From Thermoanaerobaculia bacterium (GTDB taxonomy: Bacteria > Acidobacteriota > Thermoanaerobaculia > UBA5066), in the NCBI GenBank assembly GCA_963816185.1, contig CAWFJJ010000028.1, forward strand, positions 544,001 through 608,000: DNA of 64,000 bases, given 5' to 3'. How positions within the stretch are numbered: the stretch's first letter is position 1; each line of letters begins with the position of its first letter. Positions 31,360-41,912 of the stretch are shown here, one piece after another. The notes under the pieces are model-generated. The model did no database searches. It had not been told where the DNA came from and saw only the letters and a program-made list of their open reading frames with translations. The position numbers and the translations under genes are program-made.

Positions 31360-34300
31360 ATGGGCGCGGCCGTCGAACGCAACAGGCTCCTTCAGGAGCT
31401 CGCCGCGTTCTGCGAGGCCCACCCCGTCGACGAGAAGATCCTCCTCGTTCCGACGTTTGCGGTCGGCACGCAGATCCTCGACGCGCTCGCGCGCTCGGGC
31501 TGCGCGCACCTGAACCTGAGGCCGGCGACGCCGTTCTCACTCGCGCTTGAGCTGGCGGGGTCGCTCCTCGCGGCCGACGGGCGCCGCCTGCTCTCGCGGG
31601 CGCAGCTCCTGGCCGTCGTGGAGTCCGCCTGCGACGAGGTCCTGAAGGCCGACTCCTACTTCGGGAGACTCCGAGAGCGCGTCGGGCTCCATCGAGCTCT
31701 TCACCGCACGCTGGACGAGCTCAGACGGGCCGGCGTCGCGCCCGGGGCGCTTCCACCCGAGGCGTTCGAGGACGCGCGCAAGGCGAAGGAGCTCGCCGCC
31801 CTCGCGCGCGCCTTCGACGCGGAGCTCGAGAAGATCGGGGCGGCCGACGCCGCCGAAGTCTTCGGCCGCGCGACCCGCGCGTGCGCCGGGTCCGGGCCAC
31901 GCGTCCCGTCGTCCGCCCACGTTCTCCGTCCCGCCGGCCTCGAGCTCGCGCCGCTCGAGGAGCTCTTCCTGGCCAAATGCGCCCCTGTGACCGTGCCGCT
32001 GGCCGAGGATTCTCCGGAGACCGGCAAACTCTCTTCAGGTCTCACGTTCTCGCACGCGTTGAGCGAGGAGAACGAGGTCCGAGGCGTTTTCCGGCGGGTC
32101 CTCGACGAGGGCCTTCGCCTCGACGACGTCGAGATCGCGTTCGACGACGACGCGACGTATCGGCCGCTCGTCCACGAGCTTGCGTCGCAGTACGGCGTCT
32201 CCTGCACGTTCGACGACGGCATCCCGGTCACGTACACGCGGCCCGGGCAAGGCGTCCTCGATTACCTCGACTGGATCGCTCACGATTTCCGGGTCGCGGC
32301 ACTCGAGCGCCTGCTCGCGGACGGGCGCGCCGACCTGAAGCCTTTCCAGCCGGCATCTTCGCGCGTCGGAGGGATCCGCGCCGCGCGTCTCCTCCGGCGC
32401 GCGCGCATCTTCGCAGGCGCCTCGCGCTACACGCCGCGCCTCGACGCGCTCGTCGAGCGCGAGAGGCAGACGGAGTCGGAGGTCGATTCCGGCGGCGTCC
32501 GCGACGCAGCGCGCGCCGAGCGACTCGCCGCCGCCGAGACCCTGCGCTCCTTCGTGAGGAGGCTCTTCGATCTCAGCCCGAAGATCTCGAGGGGCCGCGT
32601 CTCGCTTCCTGCTCTCGCGGCCGCCTGCCGAGAGGTCGTCCGGGAGCTGCTCACGCGGGCCAGCGACCTCGACGGCGCCGCTGCCGAAGCGCTCGGGGGT
32701 CTCTTTCAGCAGCTTGCGGATCTGCCGGAGCGGGCCCTTTCGTGCGCCGAGGCAGCCGACCGGCTGTCGCGAGGCCGTCGTGGGCCTTGCCGTCATTTCC
32801 GCGACACCCGCGCCGGGCCACGTCCACGTCGCGCGAATCTCGCGCGCGGGCTATTCGGCTCGGCCCCGCACCTTCGTTCTCGGCCTCGACGAAGCGCGCT
32901 TCCCGGGGCCTCCTCGCCAGGATCCCGTTCTCCTCGACTCCGAGCGCGACGCCTTGAACCGCACTCTTCCCGCGGCCTCACGCCTCGGCCTCCCGGGCCG
33001 GAGCTCCGCGGACGAGAGGCGCCATGCCCTTCGCGCGCTTCTGTCGCGCGTGCGCGGGAAGGTCGTGCTCTCCTTCTCGAATCGCGACATCCTTCAGGAC
33101 GCAGAGCGCTTCCCCTCGCCCGTCCTCCTCCAGCTCTACAGGGACCGCGAAGGCATCCCGGAGGCCGGATACGACTTGCTCGCGAAGTCGTTCGGCGCGC
33201 CCGCCACGTTCGTGCCGGGAGGCGCGCCACTCGACGAGACCGAGTGGTGGCTCGCGAGGATCCGTGCGGCGGCGGGAGCGCCCGGGCTCGGCTCGGAAGT
33301 CCGACGCGCATACCCGTGGCTCGCGGACGGCGCGCGCGCGGAGGCAGAACGCGAGAGCGAAGCCTTCACTTCCTGGGACGGACGCGTTTCCGCAGCCGCG
33401 GGCGACCTCGACCCGCGCAGGACGAAGCGGCCCCTCTCGGCCTCGCGTCTCGAGAAGCTCGCGAAATGCCCCCGGATGTACTTCTACGAGTACGTCCTCG
33501 ACCTTTCGCCCCCCGAGGAAGAGCGCTCGGAGAGCGAGTGGCTGAACGCCCGCGAATTCGGGAACCTGCTTCACGAGGTGCTCTACGACTTCATGTCGGG
33601 CCTCCGCGCCGAGGGCCTGAAGCTCGATCCCGCGCGCGACGTCGCGCGCCTCAAGGGCGCCGCGGGGAAGCGGATCGCGCGCTGGAAAGAGCTCGTTCCC
33701 CCGCCGAACCTCGCCGCGCTCCGGGCGCAGGAGGACGAGCTCCTCGCGGCCTGCGACATCTTCCTTCGCTCGGAATCCGAGAATCCCGGCTCGACGCCGC
33801 GCTGGTTCGAGGTTCCCTTCGGGATGAAACGCGCGAGATACGACGAGCCGCTCGGATCTCCCGATCCGATCGAGATCCGGACGCCGGCGGGCTCCTTCCT
33901 GCTCCAGGGCCAGATCGACCGGATCGACGAGACCGGGCCCGGCCGGTTCACGGTCTGGGACTACAAGTCGGGCGGCGACTACGCGTTCAAGGAAGAGCAC
34001 CGCGCCGATCGCCCCTTGAACGGCGGGCGGCTCCTCCAGCACGCGCTCTACAAACGGGTCGCCGCCGCTCTCCTCGCGCGCGCCGGCATCCGCGACGCGC
34101 AGGTGACCTCGGGCTACATCCTTCCGACGCGTAAGGGGAAGATGCAGCGATTCAAGCTCGAGGCGCCCGGTGCCCTCGTCGACGAGACGCTCGACGACCT
34201 GTTCGCGCTCGTCGCCTCCGGGTCTTTCCCTCATACTGCGAACGCCGACGATTGCCGGTTCTGTCTCTTCCGGTCGATTTGCGGCGACGTCACCGCCGCC

Positions 34301-34387
34301 GCCGCGCGGGCCGCCCGCAAAAGAGATTCCGAGCCCGGCGACCCCCTCCTGGATCCGATCCGCGCGATCGAGCGGAGAGGCGTCTGA
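31360..34387 (+). CDS. addB: AddB-like helicase-remnant / PD-(D/E)XK nuclease subunit; +1 frameshift near 32767
   Basis: N-half in ORF 31360, C-half in ORF 32714. Removing one T in CGGCTG(T)CGCGAG joins them. Motifs FVLGLDEARFP, LSASRLE..AKCP, GQIDRID, VWDYKSG and CRFCLFRSIC (Fe-S staple). Confidence 0.8.
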
Positions 34388-37300
34388 TGGCTCGCGAGCG
34401 GGCAGCCGCTCTCCCCGACGGGGCCGCCCGCGACGAGATCCGCACCGAACTCGACGTCACGCTGCTCGTGGAGGCCGGCGCGGGCTCCGGCAAGACGACC
34501 ATGCTGGTCGACCGGATGATCGCGCTTCTGGCCGCGGGAAAGGCCGGACCCCATAACCTCGCCGCCGTCACGTTCACGCGCAAGGCCGCGTCGCACCTGA
34601 GACGCCGCTTCCAGAGCGCCCTCGAAGAGGCGGCCCGGGGCGAGCGGGACGCTTCTCGCAGGAGACGGCTCGACGCGGCGCGCGGGGGGCTCGATCGCCT
34701 CACGCTCGGCACGATCGACTCCTTCTGCGCTCTCCTGCTGTCGGAGCGACCCCTCGAGGCGGGAATCGATCCCGCCGCGCTCCGGGTCGAGCTGCAGGAA
34801 GCGGCGCTCTTTCGCGCCCGGACGTTCCGCGAGTACGTCGGCACGCTCGCGGATGCGCGCAGCCCCGTCGCCGCTCTCTTCGCGCTCGGCGTCACGATGA
34901 AGGAGCTCGAGGACAGCTTCGAGCTCTACGCCGAATACCCCGACGTCGTCCCCGTCGTCGCGGATCCGCTCGCACTTCCGGACTTCAGTGGAACGAGGGA
35001 GAAAGTCGAAGATTTCTTAGAAAGAGCAATTCCGCTCGTACCGGCGGAGCCAGGCCCTGAACGGCGCGACGAGCTGCAGACTAAGCTCCTCGAGGCCCGC
35101 AACCTGCTGCAGCTTCCCGAGCACAGCACGCCTGCAGGGTTCGCGCGCCTTCTAAGAACTCTTCGTCCCCACGGCGGAGCCACGCAAAAGAGGTGGCCCG
35201 ACAAGGCGCTGGCGAAACGGCTGGGCCAGGAATACGAAGATCTTCGCCAGAGCGTCATAAAGCCCGCTCTCGCCGAATGGCAGCTCGTGCTGCACGAGCG
35301 AATCTACGCCGTCCTCCGACCCGCGTTACAGCACGTTGCCGCGCGGCGCGCGGGCAGCGGGCCGTTCACGTACGCCGACTTGCTCCTCGCAGCTCGCGAT
35401 CTTCTCCGGGACTTTCCTGCCGTTCGGCGGGCGTTCGGTGCCCGCTTCACGCACCTTCTCGTGGACGAGTTCCAGGACACCGATCCGCTTCAGGCCGAGA
35501 TCCTGCTTTACCTGACGAGCGACGACCTCGACGAGAAGGACGTGTCGCGCCTGAAACCGAGGGCAGGATCCCTCTTCGTCGTGGGCGACCCCAAGCAGTC
35601 CATCTACCGGTTCCGCCGCGCCGACATCGCGGCGTACATGAACTTTCGCCGTACCCTCACCGCCTCGGGCGGGCGCATCGTCCGGCTCGAGGCGAATTTC
35701 CGCGCGGTTCCCACCCTTACAGATCCGGCGAATGCGTGGTTTCGAGCTCTCCTTCCGGCGGAGGCAAACGACCGGCAGGCCTCCTTCGCTCCGCTCGCGC
35801 CCGTGCGCCGGGACCGCTCGGAGAGGTCCGGAGCGTTCCGCCTCCGCACGAAGGCCGGCGACGCGACGGCCGACGAAGTCGTGTGCGCCAACGCGACCGA
35901 CGTCGCGAGCTTCGTCCGACGGGCGGTCGATCACAAATGGCCCGTCGCGTCCGACGGTCCCGAGCGCGCCGCGCGATTCGGCGACTTCCTCGTCCTGACG
36001 CGCACGCGCGACCACCTCGACGCCTACGCGCGCGCCTTCGAGGCGCTCGGCATTCCCGTGGACGTTTCGGGGAGCAGGGCGCTCCCGATCTCGAAGGGCC
36101 TCGCCGAGCTGCGGCCCTTTCTCGCGGCCGTCCAGGATCCGGACGACGACGTCTCGGTCGTCGCGTTTCTTTCCGGCCCTCTCTCGGGAGTCGACGACGA
36201 CGCGCTCTACCGGTTCCACCGGGCGGGTGGACGTTTCTCCTACCTCGTCGATCCACCGCCGGGAACGGACCCGCGGATCGAACGTGGTCTGGACCTCCTC
36301 GCGAAGGCCCGGAGGGACGTGAACGCGCATCCGGCGGGTGCGGCCCTCGGCCTCATCTGCGACAGGCTCGGCCTCGTTGCACGCCTCGCCGCCGGGCCCG
36401 AGGGCCGGACTGCCAGCGGAAACCTCCTGAAAGTCCTGGCGCTCGCGAGGCGCCTCACGAGCGAAGGGCTTTCCTTCCGGGACGTCGTCGAGCGGCTCGC
36501 GGAGGATGCGCCTTCGCTCGATCTCGAGGAGATGAGCGTCGAGCCAGTCGATGCCGACGCGGTCCGGCTGATGAACCTTCACCGGGCCAAGGGTCTCGAG
36601 GCTCCCATCGTCGTTCTCGCCGAGCTCGGCTCCTGGAGGAAGGCGGAGCCGAAGCGTCACGTCGCGCGCGGGGCGGCGGGCTCTCGCGGCTGGTTCACCG
36701 CGGGCTTCTGGATGCGACCCGAGGGCCGTGCGAATCAATGGGTCGTGACGGCGACGCCGCCCGACTGGGAGAACCGGCGGGCGGAAGAGGCGGCATTCGA
36801 GGAGGCCGAGAAGATACGTCTCCTCTACGTCGCCGCCACCCGGGCACGCGACACGCTCGTCGTGAGCCTTCGGGAGGACAAGCCGGAAGTCGGAACCTGG
36901 GCGCCGCTGAGGTCCGGCCTGAAGGAGCTTCCGGTCGCGGTCGCGGAGCCTCGGCGTCTCGCCCCGACGAAGACACCGTCGCTCGCGGCGGAGCTCGCCG
37001 GGGCGCGGAAGTCGATCGCGGAAGCGCGCCTCCGGGCAGCGGCCCCTTCGTACTCGGTCACCCCCGTCACGGCGCTCGCGAAAAGAGAAGGGCCTCGCGC
37101 GCCGGCGGCGGCCGAGAACGCTCGCGGCACCGCTTGGGGACGCGTCCTGCACCAGCTCCTCGAGACGGCGATGCGAACGCCCGGCATCGAGCTTCGTCCT
37201 GTTGCGGAGAACCTCCTCCGCGAGGAAGAGCTCGGGCCGGCGCTTCTCGACGAGGCGCTCCGCGTCGCCGAGTCGGTGACGTCTTCGCCGCTCTGGAAGC

Positions 37301-37749
37301 GCGCGCGAAACGCAAAGCGCCGCTTCGTCGAGGCGCCTTTCGCGATGATGGTCCCGTCGGCCGACCTCGGCGTCCCGGGCGGACCGGAGGAGACCCTCCT
37401 CAGGGGAGCGATCGACCTCGTCTTCGAAGAGGACGGCGTATGGCACATCGTGGACTGGAAGTCCGACGCCGTCGGCGACAACCTTCCCGCGCTCGTCGCG
37501 CACTACGCGCCGCAGATCGCGCACTATCGCAAGGCGTGGGAAGCGCTCACGAAACAGCGGGCGGTCGCTGGGCTCTATTTCATGGACAACGGACACCTGG
37601 AATGGCTGGAAGACGAGGAAAGGAAGAACGAGGAGAAGGGAGAAGATTCTTTGAAAGGGGTTAGGGACACGCCGCCGCCTGAAACGAAGCCTCCCCAGGC
37701 GCCGAGCGGTCGGTTCAAACAAGGCTCTTTACCATTCGAAGAAGATTGA
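34387..37749 (+). CDS. addA: AddA-like UvrD helicase with C-terminal nuclease
   Basis: EAGAGSGKT, VTFTRKAA, VDEFQDT, VGDPKQSIYRFR, HRAKGLE, LLYVAATRAR and GAIDLV...IVDWKS. TGATG-coupled to the addB-like gene. Confidence 0.88.
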   Translation: MARERAAALPDGAARDEIRTELDVTLLVEAGAGSGKTTMLVDRMIALLAAGKAGPHNLAAVTFTRKAASHLRRRFQSALEEAARGERDASRRRRLDAARGGLDRLTLGTIDSFCALLLSERPLEAGIDPAALRVELQEAALFRARTFREYVGTLADARSPVAALFALGVTMKELEDSFELYAEYPDVVPVVADPLALPDFSGTREKVEDFLERAIPLVPAEPGPERRDELQTKLLEARNLLQLPEHSTPAGFARLLRTLRPHGGATQKRWPDKALAKRLGQEYEDLRQSVIKPALAEWQLVLHERIYAVLRPALQHVAARRAGSGPFTYADLLLAARDLLRDFPAVRRAFGARFTHLLVDEFQDTDPLQAEILLYLTSDDLDEKDVSRLKPRAGSLFVVGDPKQSIYRFRRADIAAYMNFRRTLTASGGRIVRLEANFRAVPTLTDPANAWFRALLPAEANDRQASFAPLAPVRRDRSERSGAFRLRTKAGDATADEVVCANATDVASFVRRAVDHKWPVASDGPERAARFGDFLVLTRTRDHLDAYARAFEALGIPVDVSGSRALPISKGLAELRPFLAAVQDPDDDVSVVAFLSGPLSGVDDDALYRFHRAGGRFSYLVDPPPGTDPRIERGLDLLAKARRDVNAHPAGAALGLICDRLGLVARLAAGPEGRTASGNLLKVLALARRLTSEGLSFRDVVERLAEDAPSLDLEEMSVEPVDADAVRLMNLHRAKGLEAPIVVLAELGSWRKAEPKRHVARGAAGSRGWFTAGFWMRPEGRANQWVVTATPPDWENRRAEEAAFEEAEKIRLLYVAATRARDTLVVSLREDKPEVGTWAPLRSGLKELPVAVAEPRRLAPTKTPSLAAELAGARKSIAEARLRAAAPSYSVTPVTALAKREGPRAPAAAENARGTAWGRVLHQLLETAMRTPGIELRPVAENLLREEELGPALLDEALRVAESVTSSPLWKRARNAKRRFVEAPFAMMVPSADLGVPGGPEETLLRGAIDLVFEEDGVWHIVDWKSDAVGDNLPALVAHYAPQIAHYRKAWEALTKQRAVAGLYFMDNGHLEWLEDEERKNEEKGEDSLKGVRDTPPPETKPPQAPSGRFKQGSLPFEED
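35011..35160. repeat. Inverted pair of the CTTCTAAGAAATC motif inside the addA coding sequence
   Basis: GATTTCTTAGAAA at 35011-35023 and CTTCTAAGAACT at 35149-35160. Confidence 0.75.
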
Positions 37750-38531
37750 AGAACGTCGCCCTCGCCCGCCGCTCACTCGACGCGCTTCTCGTCGCGCTCA
37801 TGGCCTCGGGCCTCGCGGGCTGCGCGTCTTCGATGTGGGAAAGGACCGAGAAGATCTCTTCGAGTGGCTTCGAGGCGCGCCTGTACGTCCCCAAGGTCTG
37901 GGCGCCGCTCCTGCCCGGCTCGGCGTATCCGAACAAGCGCGTGCCCGTTCCGGCGAGGGGCCGCCCCTCCGTCGTCGTCGTCTGTCCGGTGTCGGGGAAG
38001 TGCCCGAAGAAGGAGCTCCTCGGGCCTCTCGCGGAGCGAGGGTTCGTCGTCCTGCTCTTCGAGAAGTCGCCGAAAGAGCCGCCGAGGGCGGATTTGCTTC
38101 GAACCCGCGCAGAGAGCAAGGACGCAGCAGTAGGCTGGCTCTTGATCTCGCCCACCGAGGATTTTCTTAGAAAGGGTATGGGGCCGGCAGGGGCGGCTCC
38201 CGCTGCCGTGGCGATTTTGCAGAGCCGCAGGTCCGATGCAGACGCGCTTCCCTCCCTTCCCTCCCCTTCTAAGAAAGTCTTCAGCGACGTTTCCCGCGGC
38301 GCCGACGTGGCCGCCCTGCCCGGGTCCCCCTCCCCCTCTTCCCGTTCTCAGAAACTCCTCGGCGGCGCCACCCGAAGAGTGCTGCTGGAGGCGCTGCTCG
38401 GGTCCGAAGCAAATGTTTCTTCCGACGGCGTGATCGTAAAGCTCTACGCCCCCGACGCCGCCGGACGCCTTCCCCGCGAGGCTTACCGCGACGCCGCTGA
38501 GTGGCTGGCGGGCGAACTCGGGGCGCGTTGA
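37746..38531 (+). CDS. Hypothetical lipoprotein, possibly a degenerate alpha/beta-hydrolase fold
   Basis: Lipobox LAGC; ARLYVP...SVVVV...LAERGFVVL. TTG start overlaps the addA stop. Confidence 0.6.
   Translation: MKNVALARRSLDALLVALMASGLAGCASSMWERTEKISSSGFEARLYVPKVWAPLLPGSAYPNKRVPVPARGRPSVVVVCPVSGKCPKKELLGPLAERGFVVLLFEKSPKEPPRADLLRTRAESKDAAVGWLLISPTEDFLRKGMGPAGAAPAAVAILQSRRSDADALPSLPSPSKKVFSDVSRGADVAALPGSPSPSSRSQKLLGGATRRVLLEALLGSEANVSSDGVIVKLYAPDAAGRLPREAYRDAAEWLAGELGAR
38160..38356. repeat. Three CTTCTAAGAAATC-type motifs inside the lipoprotein gene
   Basis: TTCTTAGAA at 38164, TTCTAAGAA at 38267 and TTCTCAGAA at 38345. Confidence 0.75.
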
Positions 38532-38565
38532 CTTCCGGAATCCCGAGCGATTTAGAATCCGTCGC

Positions 38566-41368
38566 ATGAGCATGAAAAACGAAGGCGCCGTCCGGGCAAA
38601 AGGGGTTCTTCACCCATGGCAGAGGAAGCTCTACGGGCTGCTCCTCCTTCCGCTCGGGCTCATGGCCGCGAACTCGATCTACCTCGTGTCGTTCACGAAG
38701 ATCTCGTCGTTCTACATGGGGATGCTCCTCATGCACCTCGTTCTCGGGGTGCTCATCGCGATCCCGTTCCTCGTCTTCGCCTGCACGCACGGCCCGCGAA
38801 TGCTCGCGAACATCCGCAACCGGAAGGCGAAAGCGGCCGGCATCACGATCGTCGCCCTCGCGCTCATGTGCATCTCGACGGGCGTCTACATGGCTCTCAA
38901 GGGCGCGACGCTCACGCACCGCCCCGTCTATATCGCGCACGTCTGCGCGATTCCGCTCGCCCTGACGGCCTTCATCCTTCACCGCCGCGCGGCCGTTCAC
39001 AAGCTGCACTTCAAGCGTCTCTTCCAGTGGGGCGGGGCCGTGGCGGCGTTCCTCGCGGGAATGGCGGTTCTCCACAAGATGGAGAAGCCGCCACAGCGCA
39101 TCGTGAACAAGAACGGCGACACGCAGTTCTTCCTCTCCTCGGCGGAGACGTTCGACCAGGGCCTGCTCGACGGAAAGAAGCTGGCCGCGAACCAGTACTG
39201 CCAGGAATGTCACCCGGATTCCTACAAGCGCTGGGAGAAGTCCGCGCACCACTTCTCGTCCTTCAACAACCCCTTCTACCGCCGTGCTGTCGAGCTGGTG
39301 GCCGACCGCGTCGGCCGCGAGAAGACGAAGTGGTGCGCCGGCTGCCACGACCCCGTCGTTCTCTTCACGGGTCAGATGGGCAAGGCCACGATGGCGTCCT
39401 TCTCGTACGACCAGTTCGAGGCGCAGCAGGGGCTCACCTGCATGTCGTGCCATTCGATCGCCGAGGTGAAGGACGTCCGCGGCAACGGCGGCTACGTCGT
39501 CGAGGAGAGCAAGCAGTACCCCTTCGCGTTCACGAAGAGCAAGGCTCTCAAGGAGGTCAACAAGCTCCTCATCCGGATGGAGCCCTCCCTCCACCGCCAG
39601 ACTTTCATGAAGCCGTTCATGCGGACGCCGGAGTTCTGCGCGACGTGCCACAAGGTGGCCCTCCTCCCGCCGCTCAACGATTACCACTGGCTGCGCGGCC
39701 AGAACCACTACGACGCCTGGTTCGACTCCGGCGTCTCGGGCGTCGCCGTCCGCTCCTTCTACGACCCGCCGCAGACGAAGGCCTGCCGCGACTGCCATCT
39801 GCCGCCGATCGAGTCGACGGAGTTCGGCAACCGCGACGGAAAGATCCACGACCACCTCTTCCCCGCCGCGAACACGGCGCTCCCGGCCATCCGGAACGAC
39901 CAGCAGACGATCGACGACATCCGGAAGAAGATCCTCGTCGGCTCGCTCTCGATCGACATCTTCGGCATCCGCCGCGGCAACGACCGTCGTCCCGCTCGGC
40001 CCCACGCTGCCCGCGCTGAGGCCGGGCGAGACCGTGGACGTCGAGGTCGTCGTCCGCACGCGCACGCTCGGCCACCCGTACACGAACGGCACCGCGGACT
40101 AGAACGAGACGTGGGTGGAGTTCCACGCCGACGACGGCCCGCGCCGCGCTCTGATGGCGTCCGGCACGCTCGACGCGAACGGGCGCCTCGACCCCGCGGC
40201 CGACAAGATCTCGCAGCTCGTCATCGCCCACGACGGCTCGGCCATGGACCGTCGCCAGCCGCAGGACATCCACGTCCCGCTCTTCAACAACTTCATTCCG
40301 CCGGGCGCGGCCCGCGCCGTGCACTACCGCTTCACGGTCCCGAAGGACGCGAAGGGATCCGTGACCCTTTCGGCCGCTCTCGACTACCGGAAGTTCTCGC
40401 GCGACTATTCGATCTTCGTGGGCGGTCCGAACGCGCCCGAGCTCCCCGTCACGAAGATCTCGAGCGACAGCGTGACGCTCCCGGTCGCGCCGGCCCCCGA
40501 GGGGACGCTCGCGAAAGACGTCAAGCGCGGCAACCCCGACTGGCCCGAGAGGCAGTGGATCCGCTGGAACGACTACGGCATCGGCCTCTTCCTCCAGGGC
40601 GACCTGACGGGCGCCTCGTACGCCTTCGCGAAGGTGGCCGAGATCGCCACGGACAAGCCGGACGGCCCGCTCAACCTCGCGCGTGCGAAGCTGCAGGAGG
40701 GCGATCTCCCGGCCGCCAAGGCCGCGCTCGCGGAATCCGAGAAGCGACGGCCGAACTGGGGGAAGACGCAGATCTTCCGTGCGCTCGTCTCGAAGGAGGA
40801 GGGACGCCTCGACGACGCCCTCGCGGACCTTGGCCGCGTCCTCGCGAAGTTCCCGAAGGACCGGTTCGTCCTCAACCAGGAAGCGCGCGTCCTCTACCTC
40901 GCGGGCCGATACGCAGAGGCGCTGCCGTACATCGACCGCGTCCTCGCGATCGACGGCGAGGACCTCGCGGCGCACTACAACGCGATGCTGTGCCTGAAGG
41001 CGCTCGGCCGCGCCGAGGAAGCCGCCGCCGAGGAGAAGTGGTACCTCTATTTCAAGGATGACGAGGCGTCGCGCGCCGTGCTTGCCGATTACCGAAGGGC
41101 GCATCCGTACGACAACCGCGAATCGCTTCCGGTTCACGTCCACGACGAGCCAACCCCGCCGAAGGCCGAGGAGCCGCCTTGGATCGCCGAAATCGGACCG
41201 AAGGGCTACGCATACAAGGGAGCCGTTCCGCCGAACGAGATGGTCCTGCGCGACGACCGGCCGCCGGGCGCCCCGCGCCCCTTCGCGAGGCCCGAGACGC
41301 CGAAGACGGCCAAGGGACGAGACGCGACCAAGGCCGTGCCGGTCGCCGCGATCCAGATTCCCGAGTGA
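38566..41368 (+). CDS. Membrane-anchored pentaheme c-type cytochrome (c554-like) fused to TPR repeats; frameshift near 39981 and in-frame TAG at 40100
   Basis: About 5 N-terminal TM helices; CQECH, CAGCH, CMSCH, CATCH and CRDCH. After a 1-nt shift it reads VEVVVRTRTLGHPYTNGTAD*NETWVEF, continuing into ORF 40115 (RWNDYGIG plus TPRs). Confidence 0.8.
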
Positions 41369-41402
41369 ACGCGTCCGGAGGGCGCCGGAGTATCGTCGCA
41401 GC

Positions 41403-41900
41403 ATGCGCCGGACGCGCTTTTTCCTGCTGGGCCTCGTCCTCGTGTCTCTCGTCGAAGCGGCCCGCCAGTGGAATTCAGCTCCGGCGCGTGTCCCGTCCCA
41501 TTTCGACTTTGCCGGGCACGCGAACGCCTGGGCCTCCCGTGACGAATTCTTCATGCTCCAGGTCGGCGTGACGCTTCTGATCGCGGCGCTCTTCATCGGG
41601 ATCCCCGCGGTCCTGAAGTCCACTCCCGCGACTCTCATCAACCTTCCGAACAAGAGCTTCTGGCTCGCGCCTGAGCGACGCGAGGAGACGATGGAGCGGC
41701 TCGCGTCGTCGTTCGACGTTTTCGCGTCCGCGACGGTGCTGCTCCTCATCGTCGTCTTCGAGCTGACGTCCCTGGCGAGCCGCGGCGGAGAACTCGCCAC
41801 GAGCTACTTCCTGCCGGTGCTCGTGGCTTATCTCGTGTTCACGGCCGGCTGGACCATCGCGCTCATCCGGACGTTCGCGAGGGTCCCCGGCGGAGGGTAA
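41403..41900 (+). CDS. DUF1648 domain membrane protein
   Basis: PARVPSHFDFAGHANAW motif plus 4 TM helices. Confidence 0.8.
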   Translation: MRRTRFFLLGLVLVSLVEAARQWNSAPARVPSHFDFAGHANAWASRDEFFMLQVGVTLLIAALFIGIPAVLKSTPATLINLPNKSFWLAPERREETMERLASSFDVFASATVLLLIVVFELTSLASRGGELATSYFLPVLVAYLVFTAGWTIALIRTFARVPGGG

Positions 41901-41912
41901 CCCGGCCGACTG

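Noticed and set aside
31360-37749. Motif as the Chi site of the neighbouring AddAB, or as KOPS
   Set aside because: Chi and KOPS are short and strand-polarised with replication. This motif occurs in both orientations as inverted pairs.
34252-37749. UvrD + PD-(D/E)XK pair as an anti-phage defence system or Cas4 module
   Set aside because: Order, size and motifs match housekeeping AddAB-type repair enzymes.
40100-40102. In-frame TAG as pyrrolysine or readthrough in the multiheme gene
   Set aside because: No pyl genes in the window. It is one substitution from TCG, and a frameshift lies 120 nt away, so error or mutation is more parsimonious.
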